A stretch of 32,816 bases of DNA from Gammaproteobacteria bacterium (GCA_011051475.1 DRLE01000267.1:1-32816); one strand, 5' to 3'; numbered from the stretch's first letter, positions 10,301 to 20,819 are shown. Notes: generated from the letters alone by a model not told the origin. Made by a program: numbers and translations.

Positions 10301-10744
10301 ATGCCTAGAGAGTTTACACGTAGTCAGCGTATGGCGGAGCAGCTCCGCCGTGAGCTGGCTGAAATCGTACGCGATGAAATCAAGGACCCGCGCCTGGGTT
10401 TTGTTTCCTTTACTGAAGTGCGCATGAGCCGTGATCTGAGTCACGCCGTGGTGTACTGCTCGTTCCTGGAGAATGAAAAACAGGACGAGAGCATGGAAAT
10501 TCTCAACCGGGCCGCGGGCTTTATCCGCCGTGAAATCGGCAAACGCATTCGCGCCCGTATTGTTCCCACCATCAAGTTCGTTGTCGATGACAGCGCCAGT
10601 CGTGGCGCCGTTATGGATGAATTGATACGTGAGGCGAGGGAAAAAGACCGCCTGAGTGAGCATGACGACGTGGATATGGAAGGCAGGGGAACGGATGAAG
10701 GCCAGGGCGATAATACGCAAGACGGGCCCTTAACCGACAAATAA
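10301..10744 (+). CDS. rbfA: Ribosome-binding factor A
   Basis: MPREFTRSQRMAEQLRRELA...IKDPRLG...SRDLSHA; position in the operon. Confidence 0.97.
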   Translation: MPREFTRSQRMAEQLRRELAEIVRDEIKDPRLGFVSFTEVRMSRDLSHAVVYCSFLENEKQDESMEILNRAAGFIRREIGKRIRARIVPTIKFVVDDSASRGAVMDELIREAREKDRLSEHDDVDMEGRGTDEGQGDNTQDGPLTDK

Positions 10745-10785
10745 ACAACACGCCATAGCGAACAGTACCGGACCGGCGGCAGGCT

Positions 10786-11742
10786 GTGGCAAGCATCAAG
10801 AGTAAGAGTAAAGTGGCAAGACGTAAAAACAAGGGGCGTAATATCAGCGGCGTACTGTTGCTGGACAAACCGTCCGGCGGCAGCTCAAACCACGCGCTGC
10901 AGCGGGTAAAGCGCCTGTTCGGTGCGGCCAAGGCCGGGCATACCGGCAGCCTTGATCCGCTGGCCACCGGCATGCTGCCGGTGTGCCTGGGCGAGGCGAC
11001 CAAGATTTCCGCCTTTCTGCTCGACGCCGACAAGACCTACCGACTCAAGTGCCGGCTAGGGGTGACCACCGACACCGGTGATGCCGAGGGCGAGGTGCTT
11101 GAAACACATGATGTTTCCGGCATAACGCGGGATGACATCGAAAAGGTGCTGCCGGCCTTTATCGGTGAAATCGAGCAGGTGCCGCCGATGTATTCGGCGA
11201 TCAAGCACAATGGCGAGCGCCTCTACAAGCTGGCGCGCCAGGGCATCGAGGTCGAGCGCAAGGCGCGTAAGGTCACGATTTACGATATCAAATTGCTCAG
11301 CTACGAGCAGGATATTCTCGAACTGGAAGTCAGCTGCTCAAAAGGCACCTATGTGCGCACCCTGGTGGAGGATATTGCGAGCAGACTCGGCCCCGGCGAT
11401 GAGTCCGTCGGCGCGCATATTACCGAGCTGCGCCGCCTCAGCGTCGGTCCCTACGAGGGCAATATGCTGACCATGGAACAGCTGGAAACCCTGGCCGAGC
11501 AGGGCTTCGATGCCCTGGATGCCGTGCTGCAGCCGGTTGACAGCGGCGTGGCCGACTGGCCGGACGTTCATCTGGGCGCCGATGCCGCCTTTTATGTGCA
11601 GCAGGGTCAGCCGGTAATGGTGCCTCACGCCCCGACCCACGGCTGGGTAAGAATTTATGACCAGAGCCATTTTCTCGGGATCGGTGAGATCCAGGACGAT
11701 GGCATGGTCGCACCACGGCGTATGATCAGGCAGTGTGCCTGA
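10786..11742 (+). CDS. truB: tRNA pseudouridine(55) synthase
   Basis: KAGHTGSLDPLATG, QVPPMYSAIK, CSKGTYVRTL. Alternative GTG start at 10813. Confidence 0.97.
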   Translation: MASIKSKSKVARRKNKGRNISGVLLLDKPSGGSSNHALQRVKRLFGAAKAGHTGSLDPLATGMLPVCLGEATKISAFLLDADKTYRLKCRLGVTTDTGDAEGEVLETHDVSGITRDDIEKVLPAFIGEIEQVPPMYSAIKHNGERLYKLARQGIEVERKARKVTIYDIKLLSYEQDILELEVSCSKGTYVRTLVEDIASRLGPGDESVGAHITELRRLSVGPYEGNMLTMEQLETLAEQGFDALDAVLQPVDSGVADWPDVHLGADAAFYVQQGQPVMVPHAPTHGWVRIYDQSHFLGIGEIQDDGMVAPRRMIRQCA

Positions 11743-11746
11743 AAAA

Positions 11747-11840
11747 AGTTGGTCGTTGACAGTCGGCAGTTGACAGTTAAAAACATGGCCGCAAAGCGGC
11801 TACGCTTTTACTGTCAACTGATGACTACCTACTGCCAACT
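11747..11840. repeat. Inverted repeat built from 7-nt tandem units (AGTTGRC-like)
   Basis: Left arm AGTTGGT CGTTGAC AGTCGGC AGTTGAC AGTTAAAA. Reverse complement of the right arm AGTTGGC AGTAGGT AGTCATC AGTTGAC AGTAAAA. Central GCCGC-AAA-GCGGC hairpin. Confidence 0.8.
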
Positions 11841-11903
11841 GGTTTTTTTTATGATAAAATCGCCATCCTTTTAATATAGTCAAAATCAAGTTTCGGAGTA
11901 TTC

Positions 11904-12173
11904 ATGGCTTTATCGACCGCAGAAAAAGTCGAAGTTGTTGAAAAATATCAGCGTAAAGAAGGAGATACCGGTTCTCCAGAAGTACAGGTTGCGCTGCTGA
12001 CAACTCGCATCGTGCAATTAACTGAGCACTTTAAAGATCACAAACATGACCACCATTCCCGTCGTGGTCTGTTACGCATGGTTAACCAGCGCCGCAAGCT
12101 GCTGGATTATCTGAAAGCGAAAAACGTTGATCGTTACAAAGAACTGATCAGCAGCCTCGGTTTACGTCGCTAG
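11904..12173 (+). CDS. rpsO: 30S ribosomal protein S15
   Basis: [13 protein letters not shown]...[25 protein letters not shown], 89 aa. Confidence 0.99.
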   Translation: MALSTAEKVEVVEKYQRKEGDTGSPEVQVALLTTRIVQLTEHFKDHKHDHHSRRGLLRMVNQRRKLLDYLKAKNVDRYKELISSLGLRR

Positions 12174-12228
12174 AAAAACACCTTCGGTACTGCCGGCACG
12201 GTTCGTACCGCGGGTGTTTTCTGTTTTT
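12172..12228 (+). terminator. Stem-loop/terminator after rpsO
   Basis: AGAAAAACACC...GGTGTTTTCT stem followed by GTTTTT. Confidence 0.55.
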
Positions 12229-12345
12229 GCAGCGCCGGTTTTTCCGGCGGGCAACTAAACAGCGGCGGTGTTTATTATTAGTGTTTAATATTAATGCGCA
12301 GCAGCTCCGGGTTTCGGCCCAGGGTCATAATCAGGAAACAGAAAA

Positions 12346-14445
12346 GTGAAACCTACAGCAATCAAGAAAGAATTTCAGTACGGCGACATTCCCGTTATTC
12401 TGGAAACCGGTGAAATCGCCCGCCAGGCAACCGGTGCGGTCAAGATCAGCATGGCGGATACTGTCGTCCTGGTGACCGTGGTAGCGTCCAAGGAATCGGA
12501 AGAGGGCAGAGACTTCTTCCCGATGACGGTTAACTACCAGGAGCGCACCTACGCTGCCGGCAAGATTCCCGGTGGTTTCTTCCGCCGCGAGGGCCGCGCC
12601 TCCGAGGCCGAAACCCTGACCTGTCGCCTGATCGACCGTCCGATTCGCCCGCTGTTTCCCAAGGGTTTCAATAACGATGTGCAGATTATCGCTACCGTGA
12701 TGTCTGTCTGTGATGAAGTCGACCCCGAAATCCCCGCCATTATCGGCGCTTCTGCCGCCCTGAGTGTTGCCGGTGTGCCGTTTATGGGTCCGCTGGGCGC
12801 CGCCCGCGTTGGTTATAAAGACGGCGAATATCTGCTTAATCCGAGCAGTGAAGCGCTGGAAACATCCGATCTGGACCTGGTTGTTGCCGGTACCGCCAAT
12901 GCCGTGCTGATGGTTGAATCCGAGGCCAAACTGCTGTCCGAAGAAGTCATGCTGGGTGCGGTGATGTACGGCCATGAGCAGATGCAGGTGGTGGTTAATG
13001 CCATCAACGAATTTGCCGCCGAAGTAAACACACCGAAATGGGACTGGACCCCGCCGGTTGCCGACGAAGCCCTGGCTGCAAAAATCGCCGAAGTCAGCAC
13101 CGAAGCGCTGACCGCTGCCTACCAGATTGCTGACAAGCTGGAACGCCAGGATGCGGTAAAGGCCGTTAAGAAAGCGGCGGTGGAAGCCCTGGTTTCCGAT
13201 GATGAAGATGGCTGGAACGAAGGCGATGTGGTTGCCGCCTTTGGCAAGCTGGAGAAAAAGATTGTTCGTGGCCGCATTATCGCCGGTGAAAAACGTATCG
13301 ATGGCCGTACCACCTCCGATGTGCGCGACATTACCGTTCGTACCGGCGTACTGCCGCGTACCCACGGCAGCGCCCTGTTCACCCGTGGCGAGACCCAGGC
13401 GCTGGTGGTAACCACGCTGGGTACCGCCCGTGACGCGCAGATTATCGACGCGCTCAGCGGTACCTACCGTGAAAGCTTTATGCTGCACTACAACTTCCCG
13501 CCATACAGCGTCGGCGAGACCGGCATGGTCGGCTCACCCAAACGCCGTGAAATCGGCCACGGCCGCCTGGCCAAGCGCGGTGTGCTGGGTGTAATGCCCA
13601 GTGAAGAAGAATTCCCGTACACCATTCGCGTGGTTTCTGAAATTACCGAATCCAACGGTTCCAGCTCCATGGCTTCCGTCTGTGGCACCAGCCTGTCACT
13701 GATGGACGCCGGTGTGCCCATCAAGGCACCGGTAGCCGGTATCGCCATGGGTCTGATCAAGGAAGGCGATGACTTCGCCGTACTCTCCGATATCCTGGGT
13801 GACGAAGATCACCTGGGTGATATGGACTTCAAGGTAGCCGGTACCGAAGAAGGTATCTGCGCCCTGCAGATGGATATCAAGATCGACGGTATTACCCGCG
13901 AAATCATGGAGCAGGCGCTGGCGCAGGCCAAAGACGGCCGTAACTATATTCTCGGTGAAATGAACAAGGTGATCTCCGAGCCTCGCACCGAGATGTCACA
14001 GTACGCCCCGCGTTACCTGAACATCAAGATTCATCCGGACAAGATCCGTGATGTTATCGGCAAGGGCGGCGCGGTTATCCGTCTGCTGACCGAGGAAACC
14101 GGCGCTGCCATCGATATCGACGATGAAGGCAATGTAAAGATTTCCTCCAGCGATCTTGCTGCAGCCGAGGAAGCGCGCAAGCGTATCGAGCAGATCACTT
14201 CCGATGCCGAGGTTGGTGTTGTCTACAACGGTACCGTGAAGAAGATCATGGACTTCGGCGCCTTCGTCGAAATCCTGCCCGGCAAGGACGGGCTGGTGCA
14301 TATTTCGCAGATCTGTGAAGAGCGCGTCGAAAATGTCAGCGACAAGCTGGCTGAAGGCGACACCGTCAAGGTCAAGGTACTGGAAATCGACCGCCAGGGA
14401 CGTATCCGCCTGAGCATGAAAGAAGCCGACGATATTACCGCCTGA
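12346..14445 (+). CDS. pnp: Polyribonucleotide nucleotidyltransferase (PNPase)
   Basis: [50 protein letters not shown] and S1 domains. GTG start. Confidence 0.98.
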   Translation: MKPTAIKKEFQYGDIPVILETGEIARQATGAVKISMADTVVLVTVVASKESEEGRDFFPMTVNYQERTYAAGKIPGGFFRREGRASEAETLTCRLIDRPIRPLFPKGFNNDVQIIATVMSVCDEVDPEIPAIIGASAALSVAGVPFMGPLGAARVGYKDGEYLLNPSSEALETSDLDLVVAGTANAVLMVESEAKLLSEEVMLGAVMYGHEQMQVVVNAINEFAAEVNTPKWDWTPPVADEALAAKIAEVSTEALTAAYQIADKLERQDAVKAVKKAAVEALVSDDEDGWNEGDVVAAFGKLEKKIVRGRIIAGEKRIDGRTTSDVRDITVRTGVLPRTHGSALFTRGETQALVVTTLGTARDAQIIDALSGTYRESFMLHYNFPPYSVGETGMVGSPKRREIGHGRLAKRGVLGVMPSEEEFPYTIRVVSEITESNGSSSMASVCGTSLSLMDAGVPIKAPVAGIAMGLIKEGDDFAVLSDILGDEDHLGDMDFKVAGTEEGICALQMDIKIDGITREIMEQALAQAKDGRNYILGEMNKVISEPRTEMSQYAPRYLNIKIHPDKIRDVIGKGGAVIRLLTEETGAAIDIDDEGNVKISSSDLAAAEEARKRIEQITSDAEVGVVYNGTVKKIMDFGAFVEILPGKDGLVHISQICEERVENVSDKLAEGDTVKVKVLEIDRQGRIRLSMKEADDITA

Positions 14446-14480
14446 TTCAGTATCAACTGATTCGCGATTACTGTTCGGTT

Positions 14481-14506
14481 AAAAAAGGAGCTTCGGCTCC
14501 TTTTTT
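14481..14506 (+). terminator. Intrinsic terminator after pnp
   Basis: AAAAAAGGAGC-TTCG-GCTCCTTTTTT. Confidence 0.9.
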
Positions 14507-14654
14507 ATTGCCTGACTTGTTTTTCCTGTATGCAGTCGTTTTTTATGTGCCAATATGCCAGTGAAAAAAAAGCAGGGAAAGCTGACAAATCAGTAATTTG
14601 AGCTAGACTCATAAAAAATATTATCCGATTCTGTATTCGAACCTGGGGGACATC

Positions 14655-15230
14655 ATGGATATAACAATAAAAAACATCCGAACTCTTACTTTAGGCAGCT
14701 GCCTTGTGGCTCTGACGGCCTGCTCAAGCTCACCAGCGCCATGGACCCAGGAAGATCCCTGGAGCTCCAAGCGTGCAGCCGAAGAAGAAAGCCTGCCGCC
14801 TGATGAAGCCGTAGCAGATACTTCATTGAACGATCCCGTGTTACTTGCTGACGAGACGGTAGTTGCTGAACCCGAACCTATTTATATGCAGGAACCCGAA
14901 GCCGAACCGGCACCCGAGGTAATTGTCGAGGTTGTCGCCGAGGAGCAGACGCCCGAACAAACAATCCTGTCCCTGCCGGGTAGTAACTATGCCGTACAGG
15001 TTTATGCCAGTAAAACCCTGTCCAGCATAGAGAAATACAAGGCGGATAATGAGCTTAATGAATATATGATCGTCAAAACCGATCGTAACGGTGAGACGGT
15101 ATACGTGCTGGTGGATGTTTATCCTGACCGCGCCACCGCCAGGGCCGCGGCTGCTGACATCGAAGCGAAAACAGGTTCCAAGCCCTGGGTTCGCTCTGTT
15201 GCCGGCCTGCAGAAGATCGTCGCTCAGTAA
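14655..15230 (+). CDS. SPOR-domain lipoprotein
   Basis: Lipobox LTAC, acidic/Pro-rich linker, and a C-terminal SPOR-like segment YAVQVYA...YVLVDVYPDRATARAAA...KPWVRSV. Confidence 0.8.
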   Translation: MDITIKNIRTLTLGSCLVALTACSSSPAPWTQEDPWSSKRAAEEESLPPDEAVADTSLNDPVLLADETVVAEPEPIYMQEPEAEPAPEVIVEVVAEEQTPEQTILSLPGSNYAVQVYASKTLSSIEKYKADNELNEYMIVKTDRNGETVYVLVDVYPDRATARAAAADIEAKTGSKPWVRSVAGLQKIVAQ

Positions 15231-15248
15231 AACCTGGCTTGCCAGATT

Positions 15249-15277
15249 AAAAAAGGCCGGTTTTTCCGGCCTTTTTT
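15249..15277 (+). terminator. Intrinsic terminator
   Basis: AAAAAAGGCCGG-TTTTT-CCGGCCTTTTTT. Confidence 0.88.
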
Positions 15278-15440
15278 ATGCCTGCCTGGAGCCTGAGTGA
15301 AAACCCTTTCCACGAAAAATAATGCTGCCGGGTAAAGACCATACCGGTATTTTGTTGTAGTATCACGCTGTTAAACTTACCTGAATCAGCCTTTGGAATC
15401 TGCCTTTGTCGTGTCGTATTTCAGTCCCGGAGAAACAGCC

Positions 15441-16313
15441 GTGTTGAAGACCGGAAGTTTTCGCCTGTTGCAGTATTGTGTTTTTATTGTCCTGCTGATT
15501 GCTGCAACAGGTTGCAGCCAGGTTGTGTCCAACGCCAAGAAGGCGTTTTCCGAGGACCTTGCCGCGACCATTCTGAGCTTTGATGACCCGGAAACCATCG
15601 GCAAAGCAGTGCCTTCCTACCTGATTCTGGTCAGCAGCATGATCAAGGGTGACCCGGAGAATGCGGGTCTGCTGAAAACCGGTGCGCAGTTATACAGCGC
15701 TTATGCAGGCAGTTTTACCGACAGCCCTGAAAGCAAACTGGCGCTCAGTCGCCGGGCGTTCGACTATGGCAGCCGGGCCATGTGCCTGCGCAATGAAAAC
15801 CTTTGTGACGCGGCATTACAGCCTTTTTCCGAGTACAGAGAGCACCTGGCCAGTGTTGATATCGAGCAGGTCGATTTTCTTTTTGTTTTTGCCACCAGCT
15901 GGGCCGGTCTGATCGAGGCCAACAGCGCTGACTGGAACGCGGTTGCCGACCTGCCCAGGGTGCGTGTTGCGCTTGAGCGGGTGCTGGAACTGGATGAAGG
16001 CATCAGTAACGGCAATGCACATCTGTATCTGGCCGTACTGGACTCATTGTTACCGCCCGCACTCGGCGGTAAACCGGAGCTGGCAAAGCAGCATTTTGAA
16101 AGAGCTATTGAGCTTTCCCACGGCAGCAACCTGATGGCCAGGGTCCTGTACGCTGAAAAATACGCGCGCCTGCTGTTTGACCGCGAGCTGCACGACCGTC
16201 TGCTGGAGGAGGTGCTGGCCGCCGATGTCGGTGAGGGCGACGAGGTGCTGGCAAATACGCTGGCAAAACAGAAGGCGGCCGAACTGCTGGCTGATGGCGA
16301 TGATTATTTTTAA
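15441..16313 (+). CDS. TRAP-associated TatT (TPR-like) lipoprotein component
   Basis: Likely GTG start at 15441 (GGAG upstream). Lipobox ATGC. Motifs DPETIGKAVPSYL, LPPALGGKPELAKQHFERAI, YARLLFDRELHDRLLEEVL. First gene before dctPQM homologs. Confidence 0.85.
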   Translation: MLKTGSFRLLQYCVFIVLLIAATGCSQVVSNAKKAFSEDLAATILSFDDPETIGKAVPSYLILVSSMIKGDPENAGLLKTGAQLYSAYAGSFTDSPESKLALSRRAFDYGSRAMCLRNENLCDAALQPFSEYREHLASVDIEQVDFLFVFATSWAGLIEANSADWNAVADLPRVRVALERVLELDEGISNGNAHLYLAVLDSLLPPALGGKPELAKQHFERAIELSHGSNLMARVLYAEKYARLLFDRELHDRLLEEVLAADVGEGDEVLANTLAKQKAAELLADGDDYF

Positions 16314-16325
16314 GGTAATAAAGCA

Positions 16326-17336
16326 ATGACTGAACAGAGAAAACATACCACCTTGATAAAACTGCTGTGCATTGGCCTGGTGCTGGTCTTCGCTCCCCTG
16401 GCCGCCCTGCAGGCAAAAACAATAAAAATTGCCACCCTCTCGCCGGAAGGTACCTACTGGATGAAACAGATGCGGGCCGGGGCTAAGGAAATAAAGGAAA
16501 AAACCGGTGGCCGCGTCAAGTTCAAGTTCTATCCCGGTGGCGTTATGGGTAATGACGAAAACGTCCTGCGCAAGATGCGTGTCGGTCAGTTGCAGGGTGG
16601 CGCGATTACCATCGGCAGTCTGGCAGCGGCTGTTCCGGACAGCACGATATATGGCCTGCCGTTTCTCTTTTCCAGCCTGGAGCAGGCAGAAAAAATCCGC
16701 AAAACCACGGACCCGATGCTGATCGATGAAATGGCGAAAAAAGGCTATATCAGTTTCGGTATCGCCCAGGGCGGGTTTACCTACCTGATGTCGGTTAACG
16801 AAATTCACAACTTTGATGACCTGCGCAAGCAGAAATCATGGGTGCCGGAAAACAGTGATGTTGCTCTCGCAGTTTATGATTATATCGGCATTACGCCTAT
16901 CTCACTGCCCTTGTCTGACGTGCTCACCGGCTTGCAGACCGGCCTGATCAATACTATTTTTACCTCGCCCATCGGCGCGCTGGCATTGCAATGGCATACG
17001 CATATCAACCATGTTGTCGATATGCCGCTTAACTACCTGAGCGCAACCATGATTATCGACAAAAAGGTTTTCGACAGCCTCAGTGAAGCCGACCAGAAAA
17101 CCGTGCGGGAGGTTATGGGCAAGGTATACAGGAATATTGACAGCCAGAACAAGAAAGACAATATTGCCGCGCGCGAGGCATTGATAAAAAAAGGCGTGAA
17201 ATTTCACAAGCTGGCTGATGCCGACCGGGCCGAATGGAAGAAAGCCGGCGACGTTGTCATCGAACAGATGCGCAGGAAATACCAGTATACGCCGGCCCTG
17301 TATAATGCGGTTACGGCAGGCAGGCACCCTGAGTAA
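16326..17336 (+). CDS. dctP: TRAP transporter substrate-binding protein (DctP/TatP family)
   Basis: Signal peptide; IKIATLSPEGTYW...TGGRVKFKFYPGGVMG...LRKMRVGQLQG; DVLTGLQTGLI. Confidence 0.92.
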   Translation: MTEQRKHTTLIKLLCIGLVLVFAPLAALQAKTIKIATLSPEGTYWMKQMRAGAKEIKEKTGGRVKFKFYPGGVMGNDENVLRKMRVGQLQGGAITIGSLAAAVPDSTIYGLPFLFSSLEQAEKIRKTTDPMLIDEMAKKGYISFGIAQGGFTYLMSVNEIHNFDDLRKQKSWVPENSDVALAVYDYIGITPISLPLSDVLTGLQTGLINTIFTSPIGALALQWHTHINHVVDMPLNYLSATMIIDKKVFDSLSEADQKTVREVMGKVYRNIDSQNKKDNIAAREALIKKGVKFHKLADADRAEWKKAGDVVIEQMRRKYQYTPALYNAVTAGRHPE

Positions 17337-17426
17337 CAGTGACTTTCACCGGGCGGGCGGTAATACAGGAACAATGCGTATTAAAACAGGTGTTGCTTCC
17401 TGCTGTCATTGCAGCCTGAATTTTTC

Positions 17427-17948
17427 ATGAAGAAACTGATCGCCTTTATCAACAAACTTGAAGATACGCTGCTGGTGCTTATCCTGAGCACCATGATTGT
17501 ACTGGCTATCTACCAGATTATTGCGCGCGATATTTTTTCCGAGGGTGTGGTCTGGATTGATCCTTTTTTGCGTATGCTGGTGCTGTGGGTCGGTCTTGCC
17601 GGCGCGGTAGTGGCTACCCGTACCGACAATCATATCCGCATTGATATTCTCACCCGTCACCTGCCGAAAAAGCTTCAGTTTTATACGCAGCGATTTATCT
17701 ACCTGTTTACCCTTTCCATCTGCCTGTTAATTGCCTGGCATGCCGGTCGTTTTGTGCTCAGTGAATACGAATACCACACCATGGCGTTTTCCGGCATGCC
17801 CGCCTGGATAAGTGCACTGATAATTCCCGTGGCCTTTTTTCTTATTGCCCTGCGTTACCTGGTGCTGCTGTTTGCACCGGTAAAACTGCCGCCGGTGCCT
17901 GTGCCGGTACAGGATATCGATGAAATTGATAAGGATGTGAAGTCGTGA
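17427..17948 (+). CDS. dctQ: TRAP transporter small permease (DctQ)
   Basis: About four TM segments; LWVGLAGA...HIRIDIL. ATG 17427 is preferred over TTG 17409. Confidence 0.9.
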   Translation: MKKLIAFINKLEDTLLVLILSTMIVLAIYQIIARDIFSEGVVWIDPFLRMLVLWVGLAGAVVATRTDNHIRIDILTRHLPKKLQFYTQRFIYLFTLSICLLIAWHAGRFVLSEYEYHTMAFSGMPAWISALIIPVAFFLIALRYLVLLFAPVKLPPVPVPVQDIDEIDKDVKS

Positions 17949-19222
17949 TCAGCAGCCTGATTCTGCTGATACTGGTTGTTCTGGGCACGCCGTTGTTTGC
18001 GATTATTGCCAGCAGTGCGCTTATTGGTTTTTACAGCGAGGATATCGACCTGTCGGTGATTGCCATCGAGATCTACCGTATCGTCGATACGCCGGTGCTG
18101 CTGGCCATTCCCCTGTTTACCTTTGCCGGCTATGTACTGGGAGAAAGCAATGCCTCACAGCGCCTGGTGCGTCTGACCGACGCACTGCTCGGCTGGATGC
18201 CCGGTGGCCTTGCCGTGGTATCCCTGTTTGCCTGCGCCTTCTTTACCGCCCTGACGGGTGCTTCAGGCGCTACCATTATTGCCCTGGGTGCCATTCTGTA
18301 TCCGGCGATGAAGCAGGCCGGCTATAATGAGCGCTTCAATCTCGGCCTGATTACCTCGTCCGGCAGCCTGGGTCTGCTGTTCCCGCCCTCTATCGCCCTT
18401 ATCCTGTACGGTGTTATCGCCCAGCAGATGGATCTTGACGAAACCGTCGCCATCGACCAGCTGTTTATTGCCGGTCTGCTGCCGGGGCTGTTAATGCTGG
18501 TTTTGCTGGTGCTGTGGAGCATGTACAGAAGCGTCGGTGACAAAATCGAAACCAAGCCTTTCGATGCCGCAAAACTGAAAAGCGCCATGCGTGAGTCACT
18601 CTGGGAGATTCCCCTGCCGATTATTCTGGTCGCTGGTATCTATACCGGTTATTTCGCGGTATCAGAGGCGGCTGCCGTGGCGGTTATGTATGTGCTGATA
18701 GTGGATGTACTGATTTTGCGCGAGGTCAGCTTTAAGCAGCTTCCGGCCATTATGCGCGATTCCATGATACTGGTCGGCGGGGTGCTGATTATCCTGTCGG
18801 TATCACTGGCATCAACCAATTATCTGATCGATACCGAAGTACCGACCAGGCTGTTCGACTTTATCCGTGAACATATCGACAGCAAGCTGACCTTCCTCAT
18901 GCTGCTCAATATTTTTCTGCTGCTGCTTGGCATGATCCTGGATATCTTCTCGGCACTGGTGATTATTGTGCCGCTGACACTGCCGATAGCCGTCGGCTAC
19001 GGTATTCATCCCATACATTTCGGCATTATCTTCCTGGCCAATATGCAGATCGGTTACTTCACACCGCCGGTCGGCATGAACCTGTTTATCGCCAGCTATC
19101 GCTTTAACAAGCCGATCAGCGAACTGTATATGGCGACCATACCCTTTATGCTGATTCTGTTCCTCGCCGTGCTCATTATTACCTACTGGCCGGCATTGAC
19201 CATGGTGCTGGTTGAGGGTTAG
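17945..19222 (+). CDS. dctM: TRAP transporter large permease (DctM)
   Basis: LLAIPLFTFAG, SGSLGLLFPPSI, GIHPIHFGII...IGYFTPPVGMNLF. GTGA overlap with dctQ. Confidence 0.95.
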   Translation: MISSLILLILVVLGTPLFAIIASSALIGFYSEDIDLSVIAIEIYRIVDTPVLLAIPLFTFAGYVLGESNASQRLVRLTDALLGWMPGGLAVVSLFACAFFTALTGASGATIIALGAILYPAMKQAGYNERFNLGLITSSGSLGLLFPPSIALILYGVIAQQMDLDETVAIDQLFIAGLLPGLLMLVLLVLWSMYRSVGDKIETKPFDAAKLKSAMRESLWEIPLPIILVAGIYTGYFAVSEAAAVAVMYVLIVDVLILREVSFKQLPAIMRDSMILVGGVLIILSVSLASTNYLIDTEVPTRLFDFIREHIDSKLTFLMLLNIFLLLLGMILDIFSALVIIVPLTLPIAVGYGIHPIHFGIIFLANMQIGYFTPPVGMNLFIASYRFNKPISELYMATIPFMLILFLAVLIITYWPALTMVLVEG

Positions 19223-19231
19223 GTAAGGCGT

Positions 19232-19413
19232 AAAAGCTGAACCGCGGAGGCGCAGAGAAAAGCTTTTCTTTGTTTTCTGTCATTGATGGCGTTGTGGAGT
19301 CATACCAGAATGTACTACTGTTCACGGCCTTATCGAGATTGCTTCGCTACGCTCGCAATGACCGACCGCCAGTAAAAAACTCTGCGCCTCTGCGCCTCTG
19401 CGGTTCAGCTTTT
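19232..19413. repeat. Periodic-arm palindromic element A
   Basis: Left arm AAAAGCTGAACCGCGGAGGCGCAGAG (19232-19257) and right arm CTCTGCGCCTCTGCGGTTCAGCTTTT (19388-19413) match at 25/26 as inverted repeats. Internal GAGATTGCTTCGCTACGCTCGCAATGAC at 19335-19362. Confidence 0.9.
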
Positions 19414-19419
19414 TATGTT

Positions 19420-20004
19420 TCAGGCACTGCTCTTGCGAGCCTCGAAATCCTGCTCGCGCCATTTATTGACATGATAGCGCTTTAGGGTCACATCATCGTG
19501 CCAGAAATCCGCCGGCAGACCGGCTTTCAGTTTCAGGTGGGCCATAAACTCGGCCGGTTTCGGCAGCTGCTCCCAGACCTGGGGCAGAAAGGTGCTGCGA
19601 TAGGGGCCGTACTCAAAAACAATACCATCAACACCGGGTTGCAGTTGTGCCAGAGCGTCGGCTTCGCTGCTGAAGGTCATTTTTTCTGGCGGCGACAGCA
19701 GGGAAACCTCGATGTCGATATCATCAAATTCTGCCGCACTCAATGGCGGAAAACGCGGGTCGCCGAAGGCGGCGGATCGGGCATTTTCGACCACATCTTC
19801 CAGCAGGCTGCGCCTGGCTTCCAGCGAGCCGATGCAGCCGCGCAGTTCACCGTGTTTCGTCAGGGTGACAAAGGTGGCGGCCCGCTCCTGCAGCCAGTCA
19901 TCATTATCATCGATGTCTACCGCTGGCCAGTCCAGACCAAGGCGCTCGGCAATGGCGGCGCGAGCCAGCTGTAGCAGTATTTTTGCACGCTCCTTATCGA
20001 TCAT
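19420..20004 (-). CDS. amrA: AmmeMemoRadiSam system protein A (AMMECR1 family)
   Basis: ATFVTL...LRGCIGSL, AAFGDPRFPPL, IEVSLLS, TFLPQVWEQL...LKLKAGL. Confidence 0.93.
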   Translation of the reverse strand: MIDKERAKILLQLARAAIAERLGLDWPAVDIDDNDDWLQERAATFVTLTKHGELRGCIGSLEARRSLLEDVVENARSAAFGDPRFPPLSAAEFDDIDIEVSLLSPPEKMTFSSEADALAQLQPGVDGIVFEYGPYRSTFLPQVWEQLPKPAEFMAHLKLKAGLPADFWHDDVTLKRYHVNKWREQDFEARKSSA

Positions 20005-20819
20005 GATCGAGTCTCATTATCGTCTTCTTCATAGAAGGCAAAAGCGGCATAGCCGACGACACGGCTTTTATCACCCGATGTGTCACCGGAATTGCACAGA
20101 TTCAGCAGTTCGGGCTTGAGGTGGTGACGCCGGGCAGCCAGCAGAAAACCGTTGATCGGCGTGCCACCACAGGCCTGCTCATGGCTGAGCGAACTCTGCA
20201 TGGCCAGTATGGTTTTCACGGTCTGGGAGTCGACCTGGCGTGCGTTTTCATACGGCAGGAAATGAGACAGATCGGAACTGATCACGATCAGCGTTTCCGG
20301 CCCATCCCAGAGGATATCCAGTACCTCGGCAATTTCCGATGGCGTGGCGTCACCCACTGCCAGTGGCAGCAGGCTGAAGTCATCCAGCACTGCCTGCAGG
20401 AACGGCAGCTGGACCTCCAGAGAGTGTTCACGCTCATGCGCCTGCGGACTCAGTACCACCTGGGGCAGGTGGGCGATGGCCTGTATGGCTTCCTGGTCGA
20501 TATTGATTTCACCCAGCGGTGTGGCAAAGACATCGGCGCCGGGCAGCGCCAGTCCCCGCACCGGGACATAATGCACCGGGCCGAGCAGGATCACGCGTTT
20601 GATTATATGACTCCAGTTCTGAAGTTGTGCATAGGCGGTTGCCGCGGTTGAACCGGAATAGATGTAACCGGCATGCGGTACAATCAGCGCCTTGGGTGGC
20701 GTGTGGTGCGTTGTACGGGGTTCTGCCAGTTGCAACAGAGTGTTAACATCACTGAGCAGCTGTTGCCTCTGGCCGTTATAGAAGGCCCCTGCGACAGCGG
20801 GTGGACGTATCTGATGCAT
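20001..20819 (-). CDS. amrB: AmmeMemoRadiSam system protein B (MEMO1 family)
   Basis: RPPAVAGAFY, PHAGYIYSG, EHSLEVQLPFLQ, ISSDLSHF, ACGG, VVGYAAF. Confidence 0.94.
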   Translation of the reverse strand: MHQIRPPAVAGAFYNGQRQQLLSDVNTLLQLAEPRTTHHTPPKALIVPHAGYIYSGSTAATAYAQLQNWSHIIKRVILLGPVHYVPVRGLALPGADVFATPLGEINIDQEAIQAIAHLPQVVLSPQAHEREHSLEVQLPFLQAVLDDFSLLPLAVGDATPSEIAEVLDILWDGPETLIVISSDLSHFLPYENARQVDSQTVKTILAMQSSLSHEQACGGTPINGFLLAARRHHLKPELLNLCNSGDTSGDKSRVVGYAAFAFYEEDDNETRS

